A stretch of DNA of 64,000 nucleotides, from NCBI GenBank assembly GCA_965242525.1, contig OZ251459.1, positions 3,840,001 through 3,904,000 of the forward strand, read 5' to 3'. The notes beneath the pieces are model-generated. The model did no database searches and was not told where the DNA came from. It saw only the letters and a list, made by a program, of their open reading frames with translations. The DNA is from an uncultured Candidatus Binatia bacterium. Its GTDB lineage: Bacteria > Desulfobacterota > Binatia > UBA9968 > JAJDTQ01. Positions 22,201-26,919 of this stretch are shown here, one piece after another. The stretch's first letter is position 1; every line of letters begins with the position of its first letter. The position numbers were made by a program, and so were the translations under genes.

Positions 22201-24554
22201 GTCACCGCGCCTGCGGCGATGCTGATGCCGTCGCCATCGAAGTCGGACGCCTGCACGGTGTAGGTGAAGGTATGGCTGGGCGGCGCACTCGTGCCGCTGT
22301 GCCAAGTCGCGGTGCGCGTGTCGAGGCCGATGGTGAGCGCCACGGTCGGCGCGTCGCTGCGCACGTACACCGACTCCGAGAACGTGAGGCGCACCGAGAT
22401 CACGTCGCCGGCGGCGTAGTTGCCGCCGGCCGGGGTGGAGGTGATGGCGACGCCGGAGACGACCGGCGGCGTATCCACCTTGTGGCCGCTGGCCGCGGCG
22501 ATGGCGTGGCTGCCGAGCGCCAGGTTGGCGTTGCGGGTTCCGGTGGCGTCGCGAAGCTTGCCGGCGCCGGTGAGGGTGAGCGCACCGGCGGCGACGCTGA
22601 TGCCGTCGTCGTCGTCGTCCGAGGCCTGCACCCGGTAGTTGAAGCGCAGGGTGCTGGCGTTGGGCTTGCTGGCGAAGGCCGCGCTGCGGGCGTTGCTGCC
22701 GACGGTGAGTTCCAGGCTGGGGTTGGGTGTGGTTACCGTCACCGCCTGGTCGAAGCGCACGTCCACGCTGATGGTCTCCTGCACGCCGTAGGCGCCGCCG
22801 CTCGCCGGGCTGGAGCGGACGGTCACCGCGCTCACCGTGGGGACGCTGGTCACCGCAAGGCGGAAGGTGAGCGCCGCGGCGTCGCCGTCGCCGTCGGTGG
22901 CCCGGTAGGTGTAGGTCGTGGACGCGGCCTGGGCGGTGGGCGTGCCGTGGATGCGGCGCCGGCCGGCGTCGAAGGCCAAGCCGGCCGGCAGGGCCGGCGC
23001 CAGGGAGTAGCGCACGGTTCCGTCGCCGCCGGTGGCGGCCGGCAGCGAGTCGTTCACCGCCGTGCCGGTGGGGTAGGTCTTGTTCCCTACAGAGGCGGAG
23101 CCGAAGCTCGGTTGGGTATCGCGCACCGTATAGCGGTCGTCGTTGGCAAGGTCATAGGCGCTCAGGTCGCGCGCCGCGGCCACGGCGGCGTCGCCGGCGT
23201 CGGTGATGCCGCCGCCGTTGAGGGTGAGCGCCGCGGAGCCGATGCTGATGCCGTCGCCGTCGAAGTCCGCCGCGGTCACCGTGTACTTGAACGAGATGTC
23301 GTCGGGGTCGCTGCTGGTGCTGCTGAACGCCGCCTGGCGGACGTGGGCGCCGATGGTCAACGCGAGCTGCGGTGCGCCGGTGATGGTGACCGCCCGGTCG
23401 AACGTGACGATCGCCCAGATCACTTCGCCGGCCGCGTAATCGCCGTCGAAGCCCACCGGCGGAACGATGGTGAGCGCGCTCGGCTTCGGCGCGTTGGCCG
23501 CGGCCACGGTGATGGTAAACGGGCCGAGCGCCGCGCGGTCGCCGTCGGCGTCCGCGGCGGTGAGGGTGTGCGTGGTGGCGCCCGACACGGTGGGCGTGCC
23601 GGTGATGGCGGCGGTGGCGCTCCCCAGCGCCAGGCCGCGGGGCAGCGCGGGGGATATGGTGTAGGTGAGCGCGCCGTCGCCGCCGGTGGCTCGTGGCAGC
23701 GTGGTGGAGGTCGCAACGCCCCGCGCCAGCGACCGGTCGGCGCCGGACGCGGCTTGCGAGAAGGAGGGCGCGGTGTCGCGCACCCGCATCTTGGCGCTCA
23801 CCGTGCCGCCGCTCGCCACCGCGTGGCTGCCCAGGCTGAGCTTGACGTCGGCGGCGGAGGCCACCGTGCGGATGGTCCCGCCGTTGAGGCGGAGCGCGTC
23901 CGCGGGGACGGCGGCGCCGTCCCCGTCGAAGTCGTCCGCCCGCACAGTGTAGGTGAAGACCAGCACGTCGGCGGTATCGGCGGTCCACGCCTGCCGGAGC
24001 TCCGCGGTCTCGGCGGCGTCGTAGCCGGCCGTGCGCGTGCGGTCGCCGATGGCCAGAGCGAGCTGCGGCGTCCCGGTGACCGCCACCTTCTCGGGATATT
24101 GGAGGAGCAGCTTGATGGTTTCCCCGGACTGGTAGTTGGACTTGGTGACCCCGTTCACGGTCCACTCCAACACGTCGACGCCGTTGACCGCCGGCCCCGC
24201 AGGGGCCCAGACCTGCAGGGAGAAGGTGAGCGCCGCGGCGACGCCGCCCGCGTCGGTGGCGGTCCAGGTGTAGGTGGCGGCGGTGACCTGGTTAGGCGTG
24301 CCGGCGATGGTGCGGGTGGAGGCGGTCCAGGTGAGCCCGCGCGGCAGCGTGGCCGGCGACAGGGTGTAGCTCACCGCGCCGGTTCCGCCGGTCGCTTCCG
24401 GCAGCACGATGGGGGTGATCGCCGTGCCGGTGTCGTAGAGCCTGCTTTCGACCGTGGCCGAACCGAAGGAGAGGGGGTCGGATTGCGCCGCGGCCGGCAG
24501 CGCCAGCAGCAGGACCAGCACGACCGACCCGACGAACCGGCTAACCCGGTTCAC
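4245..24554 (-). CDS. Giant surface adhesin / type Va autotransporter (~6770 aa) with putative Ig (He_PIG-like), Ca-binding Ig-like and Calx-beta repeats and a C-terminal beta-barrel
   Basis: Uninterrupted 20 kb ORF. GTG 24554 gives signal peptide MNRVSRFVGSVVLVLLLALPAAA-Q. Repeats LPxATGGDGxLTYTLSPALP, FxYTVxAxDxDxDG and TLTIEDDE. C-terminal amphipathic strands end ...YGVKLSLDLTW. Confidence 0.85.
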   Translation of the reverse strand: MNRVSRFVGSVVLVLLLALPAAAQSDPLSFGSATVESRLYDTGTAITPIVLPEATGGTGAVSYTLSPATLPRGLTWTASTRTIAGTPNQVTAATYTWTATDAGGVAAALTFSLQVWAPAGPAVNGVDVLEWTVNGVTKSNYQSGETIKLLLQYPEKVAVTGTPQLALAIGDRTRTAGYDAAETAELRQAWTADTADVLVFTYTVRADDFDGDGAAVPADALRLNGGTIRTVASAADVKLSLGSHAVASGGTVSAKMRVRDTAPSFSQAASGADRSLARGVATSTTLPRATGGDGALTYTISPALPRGLALGSATAAITGTPTVSGATTHTLTAADADGDRAALGPFTITVAAANAPKPSALTIVPPVGFDGDYAAGEVIWAIVTFDRAVTITGAPQLALTIGAHVRQAAFSSTSSDPDDISFKYTVTAADFDGDGISIGSAALTLNGGGITDAGDAAVAAARDLSAYDLANDDRYTVRDTQPSFGSASVGNKTYPTGTAVNDSLPAATGGDGTVRYSLAPALPAGLAFDAGRRRIHGTPTAQAASTTYTYRATDGDGDAAALTFRLAVTSVPTVSAVTVRSSPASGGAYGVQETISVDVRFDQAVTVTTPNPSLELTVGSNARSAAFASKPNASTLRFNYRVQASDDDDDGISVAAGALTLTGAGKLRDATGTRNANLALGSHAIAAASGHKVDTPPVVSGVAITSTPAGGNYAAGDVISVRLTFSESVYVRSDAPTVALTIGLDTRTATWHSGTSAPPSHTFTYTVQASDFDGDGISIAAGAVTANGGFLTYSGSDDPYRQALVGLGSHAVTNDGDHRVRDTAPAFSAAVPAQHYVAGTAASLTLPTATGDGSISYELTSTLPGGLAYSSASRTISGTPQAAGAASEQTWVATDGDGDETTLTFPITVAAADAPKVSALTFLSSPRTGDTYGAGETIAVGLKFDETVTRTGTPRLALSIGARTRYADYYASPSSLTGYHHVFSYTVQGADRDADGIGIGASALELNGGSIVQSSDAGVAASLALGSHAVATAGSHKVDGGANAAPAVRAVGIQSRPVASSGYAAGDVIRLSVGFTETLAVTGAPRLAIRIGTTTRQAAFDRADLKSLHFRYTVLVSDDDADGISVAADALTLPAGATVQDAHGADAALGLGTRALGNQLEHKVHTPPKVTGLSIVSTPQQAGTYTRGGVVTARVSYDQAVTVAGSPRLSLTIGGQTRTATAAAGSGNAYVDFSYTVAAGDTDADGLGITGDALTLPSGATIRDAGATDAALDLSRYAATRYAAAKVDGSRTGLWPDFGVASGPDLSMLTNRVVNYSLHSSCGPLHVGCALPRSATGDAPLAYTVSPALPAGLSLNRATAVLTGAATVAAPSTRHTLTVTDANGDTDTVTFTLAVVGARPTVRGLSFLSSPAADSTYARNEEIRVAVRFRRQGAAALVVTGAPRLALQVGGVTRQAAYYGVSGDEVRFRYTVQAADRDADGVAVAAGALTLNGGAIRDAAGNAAVLGLGRHTLSSQAAHKVDGGVTRAPSVAGVTITSRPATGDTYSRGETVEVAVRFSQGVGVTGSPRLALRIGSATRQAAYDRAGATSATQYFRYVVQQADVDADGLSIRSGALTLNSGAIRSNAGANAALALGSHAVTNAGNAKVNGALNSPAIVTGVAVTSRPATGDTFRIGEEIRVRVTFSKAVVAARRTYRQGNPGWPRLALTVGSHTRHAALKVSSQYTERAPANTTLEFGYTVPAGDYDGDGFGITQGALDVNLGGISRGGVNATLSLGSHAVSAAAYKVDGRRASVSGVSITSRPGADNTYAAGEVIRVALTFNLPIRFTGRAPNLPTLGLLVGANTRQMAYAGAGANSIAFSYTVQAADRDADGVSVVSSGLSLNGAVIDTAANGNPAVTDLSGFTVRGGASHKVDGAIRPPVVRSLAIGAPQRGSTFDRYEVIGVNVKFSQGVTVTGTPRLSLVIGSSTKTLDLASASGSQLRFEYEVQAGDADGNGVDVPANSLALNGATIRNQYGVNAALGHGSIRNYVTNASTPNVNGAANHPPVVVSAGFAGRPAGGVYGKGDAIDVVVNWGKPVTVTGTPQLAIDVGAGTRQAGRHSGSQRYTRFRYVVVAGDRDGDGIGFGSGALTLNGATITGPGGTTASLTLPAVAADANRRVDGRVLPQPAFTGTVSARTWAVGSGVSYALPAAAGARGAISYALRPALPDGLQFSAASRTISGTPTTVTAPATYTLEATDGVTGAKGALDFSIEVTANASPVFIPDTFAAQVYVKDEAITPVALPAATGGNGALSYALTGPGAVTTLTLPAGVSYTAPTGTSTGGTLSGAPTAVAAQASYTLTATDADDDQATLTFTLEVQDDAAPDFGAASVANQSWRRYKALTAFTLPAATGGNGALTYTLSPALPAGAAKDASHRISGAPSVALDATTYTWTATDSDGDRAELTFTITVADNSLPAFTGLEPMSHVWTRYKSVSGLLPVAIGGDAPLSYALSPALPAGVARSASPRAASDPDEPVVDTHNRTLSGAPTAAMARTAYAWTATDADGDQATWSFTITVQDNGRPDFGAATIPDQSWTRRKAITAFTLPTATGGDGSVSYALSPALPGGVTKDASHRVSGAPTAALAQTEYTWTATDGDGDAASLTFDVTVADRPQATLILTPSTIGESGAGNAATVTATLDRAVSAATTVTVAAAAGTNAEAGDFTLSANKTLTIAAGDTTSTGAVTITAVNNADAELDKSVTVSGSVGNAEVSAPDDVTLTITDDDRPSTPTLFIDAPSVTEGGPGDTNTLEWTVTLLPASAQRVQVSVAVNSTGTATVGTLRTRDRTGADHGFPPEPTLVFAAGVTRQTVPVTVYGDATPEPDETVVMELSNPSNASLGNATGTGKILDDDAPAVTLAVADSAIAENGGTTTVTASLSRAWSAATTVTVTAVAGAYTVGSDATITIAAGATSNAADSVTITAVDDAIDNVGDRSVTVTGTATASGRVTGAALTLTDDEATPTATLALSEPDSSNPDTINESGAGNVSTVTATLDRASSEAVTLTVAAAAGTNAATGDFSLSSTKTLTIAAGNTSSTGTVTVTAVDNTVDAPDKQVTVSATVSGDSGVAAPAGVTLTIEDDEAAPSVALAVADASISENGGTTTVTATLSHASSAATTITVTAVSGAYTVDSSDATITIAAGETANAADSVTITAVNDAVDNVGDRAVTVTGTAVNAQAAAESQTVAVTGAALTLTDDEDTPAVTLALSEPDALKPDTIDEHDGTNPGSSTVTATLDRASSAAVTLTVAATAGANAASGDFRLSSANTLTIAAGETASTGTVTVTAVDNTVDAPDKEVTVSAVVSGNSGVAAPSAVTLTIEDDEAAPTVVLAVADSAIAENGGTTTVTATLSHASSAATTVTVTAVSGAYTVGSDATITIAAGETTNASDTATVTAVNDAIDNVVNRTTTVTGTAVNAQAAAESATVAVTGAALTLTDDEDTPTVTLALSEPDALKPDTIDEHDGTNPGASTVTATLNRVSSEAVTLTVAATAGTNAADGDFTLSSANTLTIAAGETGSTGTVTVTAVDNTVDAPDKEVTVSAVVSGNSGVADPTSVTLTIEDDEAAPSVALAVADASISENGGTTTVTATLSHASSVATTVTVQAVSGAYTVDSSAATITIAAGETSNAADTVTVTAVDDAVDNVGDRAVTVTGTAANAQAAAESATVAVTGAALTLTDDEATPGVTLALSEPDALKPDTIDESGAGNASTVTATLDRVSSEAVTLTVAATAGTNAASGDFRLSSGKTLTIAAGETSSTGTVTVTAVDNTVDAPDKEVTVSAVVSGDSGVAAPTNVTLTIEDDEAAPTATLAVADSAVSENGGTTTVTATLSHASSAATTITVQAVSGAYTVDSSAATITIAAGETANAADTVTITAVNDAVDNVVNRSTTVTGTAANAQAAAESQTVAVTGAALTLTDDEATPAVTLALSEPDALKPDTIDEHDGTNPGSSTVTATLDRVSSEAVTLTVAATAGTNAVAADFNLSSAKTLTIAAGDTSSTGTVTVTAVDNTADAPDKEVTVSATVSGDSGVADPTNVTLTIEDDEAAPTVALAVADASISENGGTTTVTATLSHASSEDTTITVTAVDGAYTVDSSDTTITIAAGETANAADSVTITAVNDAVDNVGDRAVTVTGTAANAQVAAESATVAVTSAALTLTDDEDTPAVTLALSDATIDEHDGMNPGSATVTATLDRASSEAVTLTVAATAGTNAASGDFSLSNAKTLTIAAGDTSSTGTVTVTAVDNTVDAPDKQVTVSARVSGDSGVAAPASVTLTIEDDEAEPKVTLAVADSAISENGGETTVTATLSHESSAATTVTVTAVAGAYTVGSDATITIAAGETANATDTATITAVDDAIDNVVNRTTTVSGTAQNSQGVGTVTGASLTLTDDEGAPMATLALSPATIDEHDGTNPGAAAVTATLNRASTEAVTLTVAAAAGSNAAATDFKLSSAKTLTIAAGDTSSTGTVTVTAVDNAVDAPDKEVTVSAEVSGDSGVADPTSVTLTIEDDEAAPTVALAVADASISENGGATTVTATLSHASGVATTITVQPEAGAYTVGADATITISAGETSNAADTATITAVNDAIDNVGNRSVTVNGTAQNSHGVGTVTGVALTLTDDEATPAVTLALSEPDALKPDTIDESGAGNASTVTATLDQVSSEAVTLTVAATAGTNAASGDFRLSSTKTLTIAAGETASTGTVTVTAVDNTVDAPDKEVTVSAVVSGNSGVAAPSAVTLTIEDDEAAPTVALAVADSAISENGGTTTVTATLSHASSAATTVTVTAVSGAYTVGADATITIAAGETENATDSVTITAVNDAIDNVVNRSTTVTGTAANAQAAAESATVAVTGAALTLTDDEDTPAVTLALNPAAIDEHDGANPGTSAVTATLNRASTEAVTLTVAAAAGTNAAATDFNLSSAKTLTIAAGETSSTGTVTVTAVDNTADAPDKEVTVSASVSGDSGVADPTNVTLTIEDDEAAPTVALALADSSISENGGTTTVTATLSHASSVATTITVQPEAGAYTVGADATITIAAGETSNAADTATITAVDDAVDNVVNRSATVTGTAQNGHDVGTVTGAALTLTDDETTPTATLALSDATIDEHDGTNPGSAMVTATLNRASSEAVTLTVAATAGTNAASGDFSLSSAKTLTIAAGDTSSTGAVTVTAVDNTAHAPDKQVTVSASVSGDSGVADPSSVTLTIEDDEAAPKVTLVLSSSSISEDGGEATVTATLSHASSAATTVTVAASAGAHTGAADFRLSANRVLTIAAGTTTSTGTVTISAVDDDEDAANDKVVSVSATAANSHGVAGDPNAVTLTITDDDLDLKPTFGGAQVASRLWPTATVIPRLVLPRATGGDGTLTYTLSPALPSWLSRNGFLVTGTTPDDPTNQVEYTWTVEDEDGDEDSVRFLAAVIRPGDPPRLVNPPGIVVNTGDLPALSLSSPRVTEGASGTTSALTWTVTLSKASTAQVTVKYADAGTGTATSGTDYAALSAGTLTFAPGETSKTVTVTVTGDGVDEPDETVKVSLSEPVNARLPVSAATGTGTIEDDDAAPTVTLAVADSAISENGGTTTVTATLSHASSAATTVTVQPEAGAYTVGADATITIAAGETSNTADSVTITAVDDAIDNVVNRTATVSGTAQNSQGIGTVTGASLTLTDDEGAPTATLVLNPAAIDEHDGTNPGSATVTATLNRTSSEAVTLTVAAAAGRNAASGDFSLSSAKTLTIAAGDTSSTGTVTVTAVDNTVDAPDKEVTVTAVVSGNSGVAAPASMTLTIEDDEAAPTVALAVADASISENGGTTTVTATLSHASSAATTITVQPVSGAYTVGSDATITIAAGETSNAADSVTITAVDDGVDNAEDRSVTVTGTAENSQGVGGVAGAALTITEGSGQGTRQNAGAEDGAPAFGSDTFDAQRYVRDSTIAPVSLPAATGGDGTLTYTLSGPGDSSSLTLPAGIAYAAPSAGDGTGGTLSGTPAEVAAEATYTLTATDEDGDEASLSFRMEVVSSVRAAAPDLTPSFDPSIFAAQRYIEGQVIEPVVRLPAATGGDGRLSYELRGPLVASGGDVTRLARPSRAPLPTGILYVAPGRPEMCRGQRGDAGKGDMPMADGGGTLCGTPREASVERVYTLTATDEDGDSATLRFTILVEPDLTPSFEETVADQEWIEDEDITPVSLPLARGGNGTLRYTLTPALPGGVVRDPSTHTVTGTPTEGLERTEYAWTATDEDGDSAVVRFSVTVLTEAEVQRRRLRGVNEVILPEVSRAMWSSAVDSVSVRLGPERRVESADVARTVASVLEKLPGRERGLEEGLGWDELLGLRQDGWKQPEGEGIDWKEVLGGTSFTVRLGKEEEEGWGLGMWAGSDYRSLSGGRGVEWEGGLFGVHTGADAELGAGLVGGLGASWFDADVEYTDRRGGEEVRGEHRSRMTLFHPYLGWSSAGGSQLWAVFGYGEGKVTLRDGAAGRESSDAEFRGGGLGGSVRVFTGAEGAATVDVKGEGQMTGLRVDDNGELLEGVSVGTHRLRMAVEGKRRLEWESGGWLEPSVELGVRWDGGDGETGAGLELGSGMRYAHAGLGLSVEGSGRVLLAHAGEVREWGAGGTVRLDPGSDGRGLSLQVSPAWGKTDSGMDRLWQEGLTGAGESGSGSGARVDAELGYGVGVLDGVMTVYGGVGVSSGERAYRMGSRFALGPSLSLNLEGERAGSSDGAPEYGVKLSLDLTW
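6750..16560 (-). repeat. Tandem ~690-720 bp intragenic repeats (paired Calx-beta-like domains), about 12 units (approximate bounds)
   Basis: Near-identical blocks such as 'ccgccgttctcggagatcgaggcgtccgc' and 'gtcacttccttgtccggcgcgtc' recur every ~0.7 kb; mirrored by periodic 222-234 aa antisense ORFs. Confidence 0.9.
18060..24180 (-). repeat. About 13 diverged ~130 aa Ig-like repeats with DxDxDG motif (approximate bounds)
   Basis: Motif Yxx(G)(E/D)xIxVxVxF...VTGxPxLxLxIG...FxYTVxAxDxDxDG counted 13 times in the translation. Confidence 0.75.
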
Positions 24555-24597
24555 CGTCCCGGCCCCTATTTCGTATGGTGTCGGCCGCCCGGAACGA

Positions 24598-24630
<33 letters not shown>

Positions 24631-24714
24631 CACCGACCGATGGCCGGCGCCGCGGACAGGATACGGCGACCACGGCGATGGACCCACTCGTAAACAGGTG
24701 GACGAAGCACGCAC

Positions 24715-24816
24715 GAACAATTCCGGCTCGAACTCCCTCTCCCTGTGGGAAAGCGCGTCCTTCGACTTCGCTTCGCTACGCTCAGGACGAACGGGGGTAA
24801 TCGTTCAGGGTTTCCT
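24715..24816 (+). repeat. REP-like palindromic element, copy 1 (with outer arm)
   Basis: Core gcgtccttcgacttcgcttcgctacgctcaggacgaacgg at 24755-24794, followed by atcgttcagggtttcc. Confidence 0.85.
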
Positions 24817-24894
24817 GAATTCAATTCCACCTCGGATAGATTAAGGATCGACACTCCAGGCGAATACCTTAGAGACCGTCTTGGAATTTTTCGA

Positions 24895-25007
24895 GGCGCT
24901 TCGGGCTTTCGTGTGGGTTGTGACACTCCCCTCAACCCCGCGGTACCCACTCTGCGAAGTCCTGCCACACATTCCCGCGAAAGCCCCGCGCCGAAGCCGG
25001 AAGACCT
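24895..25007. mobile_element. ISL3-derived miniature element (MITE-like, ~112 bp)
   Basis: Left end ggcgcttcgggctttcgtgtgggt matches the ISL3 end at 54787 at 20/24 nt. Right end ...gaagccggaagacc is an inverted copy. TTTTCGA direct repeat on both flanks. Confidence 0.6.
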
Positions 25008-25093
25008 CTTTTCGATTCACCGGAAATCATACTATCGTCTCGAAAAATCTCAAGACCGGGGGCCCCCTGCCTTTCGCGCCGCCGGACCGGCCC

Positions 25094-26620
25094 TCAGACC
25101 ACCTGCCGGTCCAGGCTGCGGTACTGGATGGCTTCGGCGATGTGCGGCGGCAGGATCTCGTCGGCGCCGGCGAGGTCGGCGATGGTGCGGCCGACTTTCA
25201 GGATGCGCACGTAGGCCCGGGCGCTCAGTCCGAGCCTCCGGATGGCGGTCTCCAGCAACCGCTCTCCCGCGGCGTCCACCCGGCAGTACCGCTGGACGTC
25301 GCGGGCGCTCATGCGCGCGTTGGCGTGCAGCCCGGTCTCCTCGAAGCGCGCCACCTGGACCTTCCGGGCCTCATCGACCCGCTTGCGGATGGACTCGGAG
25401 GGCTCGCCCGGGGCCCGGGACGCCAACGCCCGGTATTCCACCGCGGGGACTTCCACCTGGATGTCGATGCGGTCGAGCAGCGGCCCCGAGACCCGGGAAC
25501 GGTACCGGGCCACCTGCATGGGGGTGCACCGGCACTCCCTCTGGGGGTCTGCGAAGAACCCGCAGGGACAGGGGTTCATGGCCGCCACCAGCATGAAGCT
25601 GGCCGGGTAGTCGATGGACCCGGCGGCCCGGGCCACGGTGATGCGGCCGTCCTCCAGGGGCTGCCGCAGGACCTCCAGGACGTTGCGGCGGAACTCCGGC
25701 GCTTCGTCCAGGAACAGCACGCCGTTGTGGGCCAGAGACGCCTCTCCGGGCTTGGGCGTCGCGCCGCCGCCCACGAGGCCGGCGTCGGAAATGGTGTGGT
25801 GCGGCGCCCGGAACGGCCGCACCGCCACCAGCGCCCTGCCGTTCAGCACGCCGGTCACGCTGTGGATCTTGGTGGTCTCCAGGGCTTCCGTCAGGGTGAG
25901 GGCCGGGAGTATGGTGGGGAGCCGCTTGGCCAGCATGGTCTTCCCCGCGCCCGGAGGACCCATCAGCAGGACGTTGTGGCCGCCCGCGGCGGCCACCTCC
26001 AGGGCGCGCTTGACGTGGGGCTGTCCCCGGACGTCGCCGAAGTCGGCGTCGTGGACGGCGTTCCGGCTGAACAGCCGGGCCAAGTCCACCCGGGTCGGCT
26101 CCAGTTCCCGGTCTCCGTTCAGGAAGTCCACCACCTGCGCCAGGTTCTCGACGCCGAAGACGTCGATGCCCTGGACCACCGCGGCCTCGGCGCTGTTGGC
26201 CCCGGGCAGGATCAGGCCCTTCAGCCCCTGCCGCCTCACCGCCGCGGCGATGGGCAGCGCCCCGCGCACGGGCTTGACGCCGCCGTCCAGGGACAACTCC
26301 CCCACCAGCAGGTAGTCGCCGAGTCGGGAAGCGTCCACCGCTCCCTGGGCGGCGACGATCCCCAGGGCCATGGGGAGGTCGTAGCCGGACCCTTCCTTCC
26401 TCACGTCCGCGGGGGCCAGGTTGACGGTGATCTTCTGGGGCGGAAACGGATAGCCGCAGTTCCGCAGCGCCGCCCGTATGCGCACCTTGCTCTCGCGCAC
26501 GGCGCCCTCGGGCAGTCCCACCGTGGCCAGTTCGGGGAGCCCGGAGGCGATGTCCACCTCCACCGTCACATCGAGGGCGTCGATGCCGTGGAGCGACGCG
26601 CAATGAGTCCTGGCAAGCAT
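25094..26620 (-). CDS. comM: ComM/YifB Mg-chelatase-like AAA+ ATPase
   Basis: VGLPEGAVRESKVR, ITVNLAPAD, GPPGAGKT, PFRAPHHT, SLAHNGVLFLDE, AAMNPCPCG, GPLLDRID. True start likely ATG 26620; the upstream extension is REP-derived. Confidence 0.93.
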   Translation of the reverse strand: MLARTHCASLHGIDALDVTVEVDIASGLPELATVGLPEGAVRESKVRIRAALRNCGYPFPPQKITVNLAPADVRKEGSGYDLPMALGIVAAQGAVDASRLGDYLLVGELSLDGGVKPVRGALPIAAAVRRQGLKGLILPGANSAEAAVVQGIDVFGVENLAQVVDFLNGDRELEPTRVDLARLFSRNAVHDADFGDVRGQPHVKRALEVAAAGGHNVLLMGPPGAGKTMLAKRLPTILPALTLTEALETTKIHSVTGVLNGRALVAVRPFRAPHHTISDAGLVGGGATPKPGEASLAHNGVLFLDEAPEFRRNVLEVLRQPLEDGRITVARAAGSIDYPASFMLVAAMNPCPCGFFADPQRECRCTPMQVARYRSRVSGPLLDRIDIQVEVPAVEYRALASRAPGEPSESIRKRVDEARKVQVARFEETGLHANARMSARDVQRYCRVDAAGERLLETAIRRLGLSARAYVRILKVGRTIADLAGADEILPPHIAEAIQYRSLDRQVV

Positions 26621-26630
26621 CCTCTGTATG

Positions 26631-26728
26631 GGAAACCCCGAACGATTCCGGCTCCCTGCGGAAAAGCGCGTCCTTCGACTTCGCTTCGCTACGCTCAGGA
26701 CGAACGGGGTTCGTTGTCTAGGGTTTCC
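26631..26728 (+). repeat. REP-like element, copy 2, enclosed by outer inverted arms
   Basis: ggaaacccc-gaacga ... identical core at 26668-26707 ... tcgtt-gtctagggtttcc. Confidence 0.85.
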
Positions 26729-26867
26729 TATGGATACCATCGGCGGGTCGAGCCGGACCTTTAGCCCGCGCTCCCGGAAACGGGGAATCGAGCCGCTTCG
26801 AGCTTGTCACCAACGGGAAATCCTGCTAGGAGGGGTCATGCACATGATGGAGCCGAAATGACCGGGG

Positions 26868-26895
26868 AGCCCAGGCCAGCGTCTGGGCTTTTTTT
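26868..26895 (+). terminator. Intrinsic terminator in the guaB leader (possible attenuator)
   Basis: agcccag-gccagcgt-ctgggct stem followed by a T run, 25 bp upstream of the guaB ATG. Confidence 0.7.
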
Positions 26896-26919
26896 GTACT
26901 TGCCGCTCCGAGGTGGAGG

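Noticed and set aside
26717-26780. ykkC/ppGpp-type riboswitch (CTAGGGTT) before guaB
   Set aside because: That sequence is the outer arm of the repeat element also seen at 24800 and 58874; the other ykkC elements are absent.
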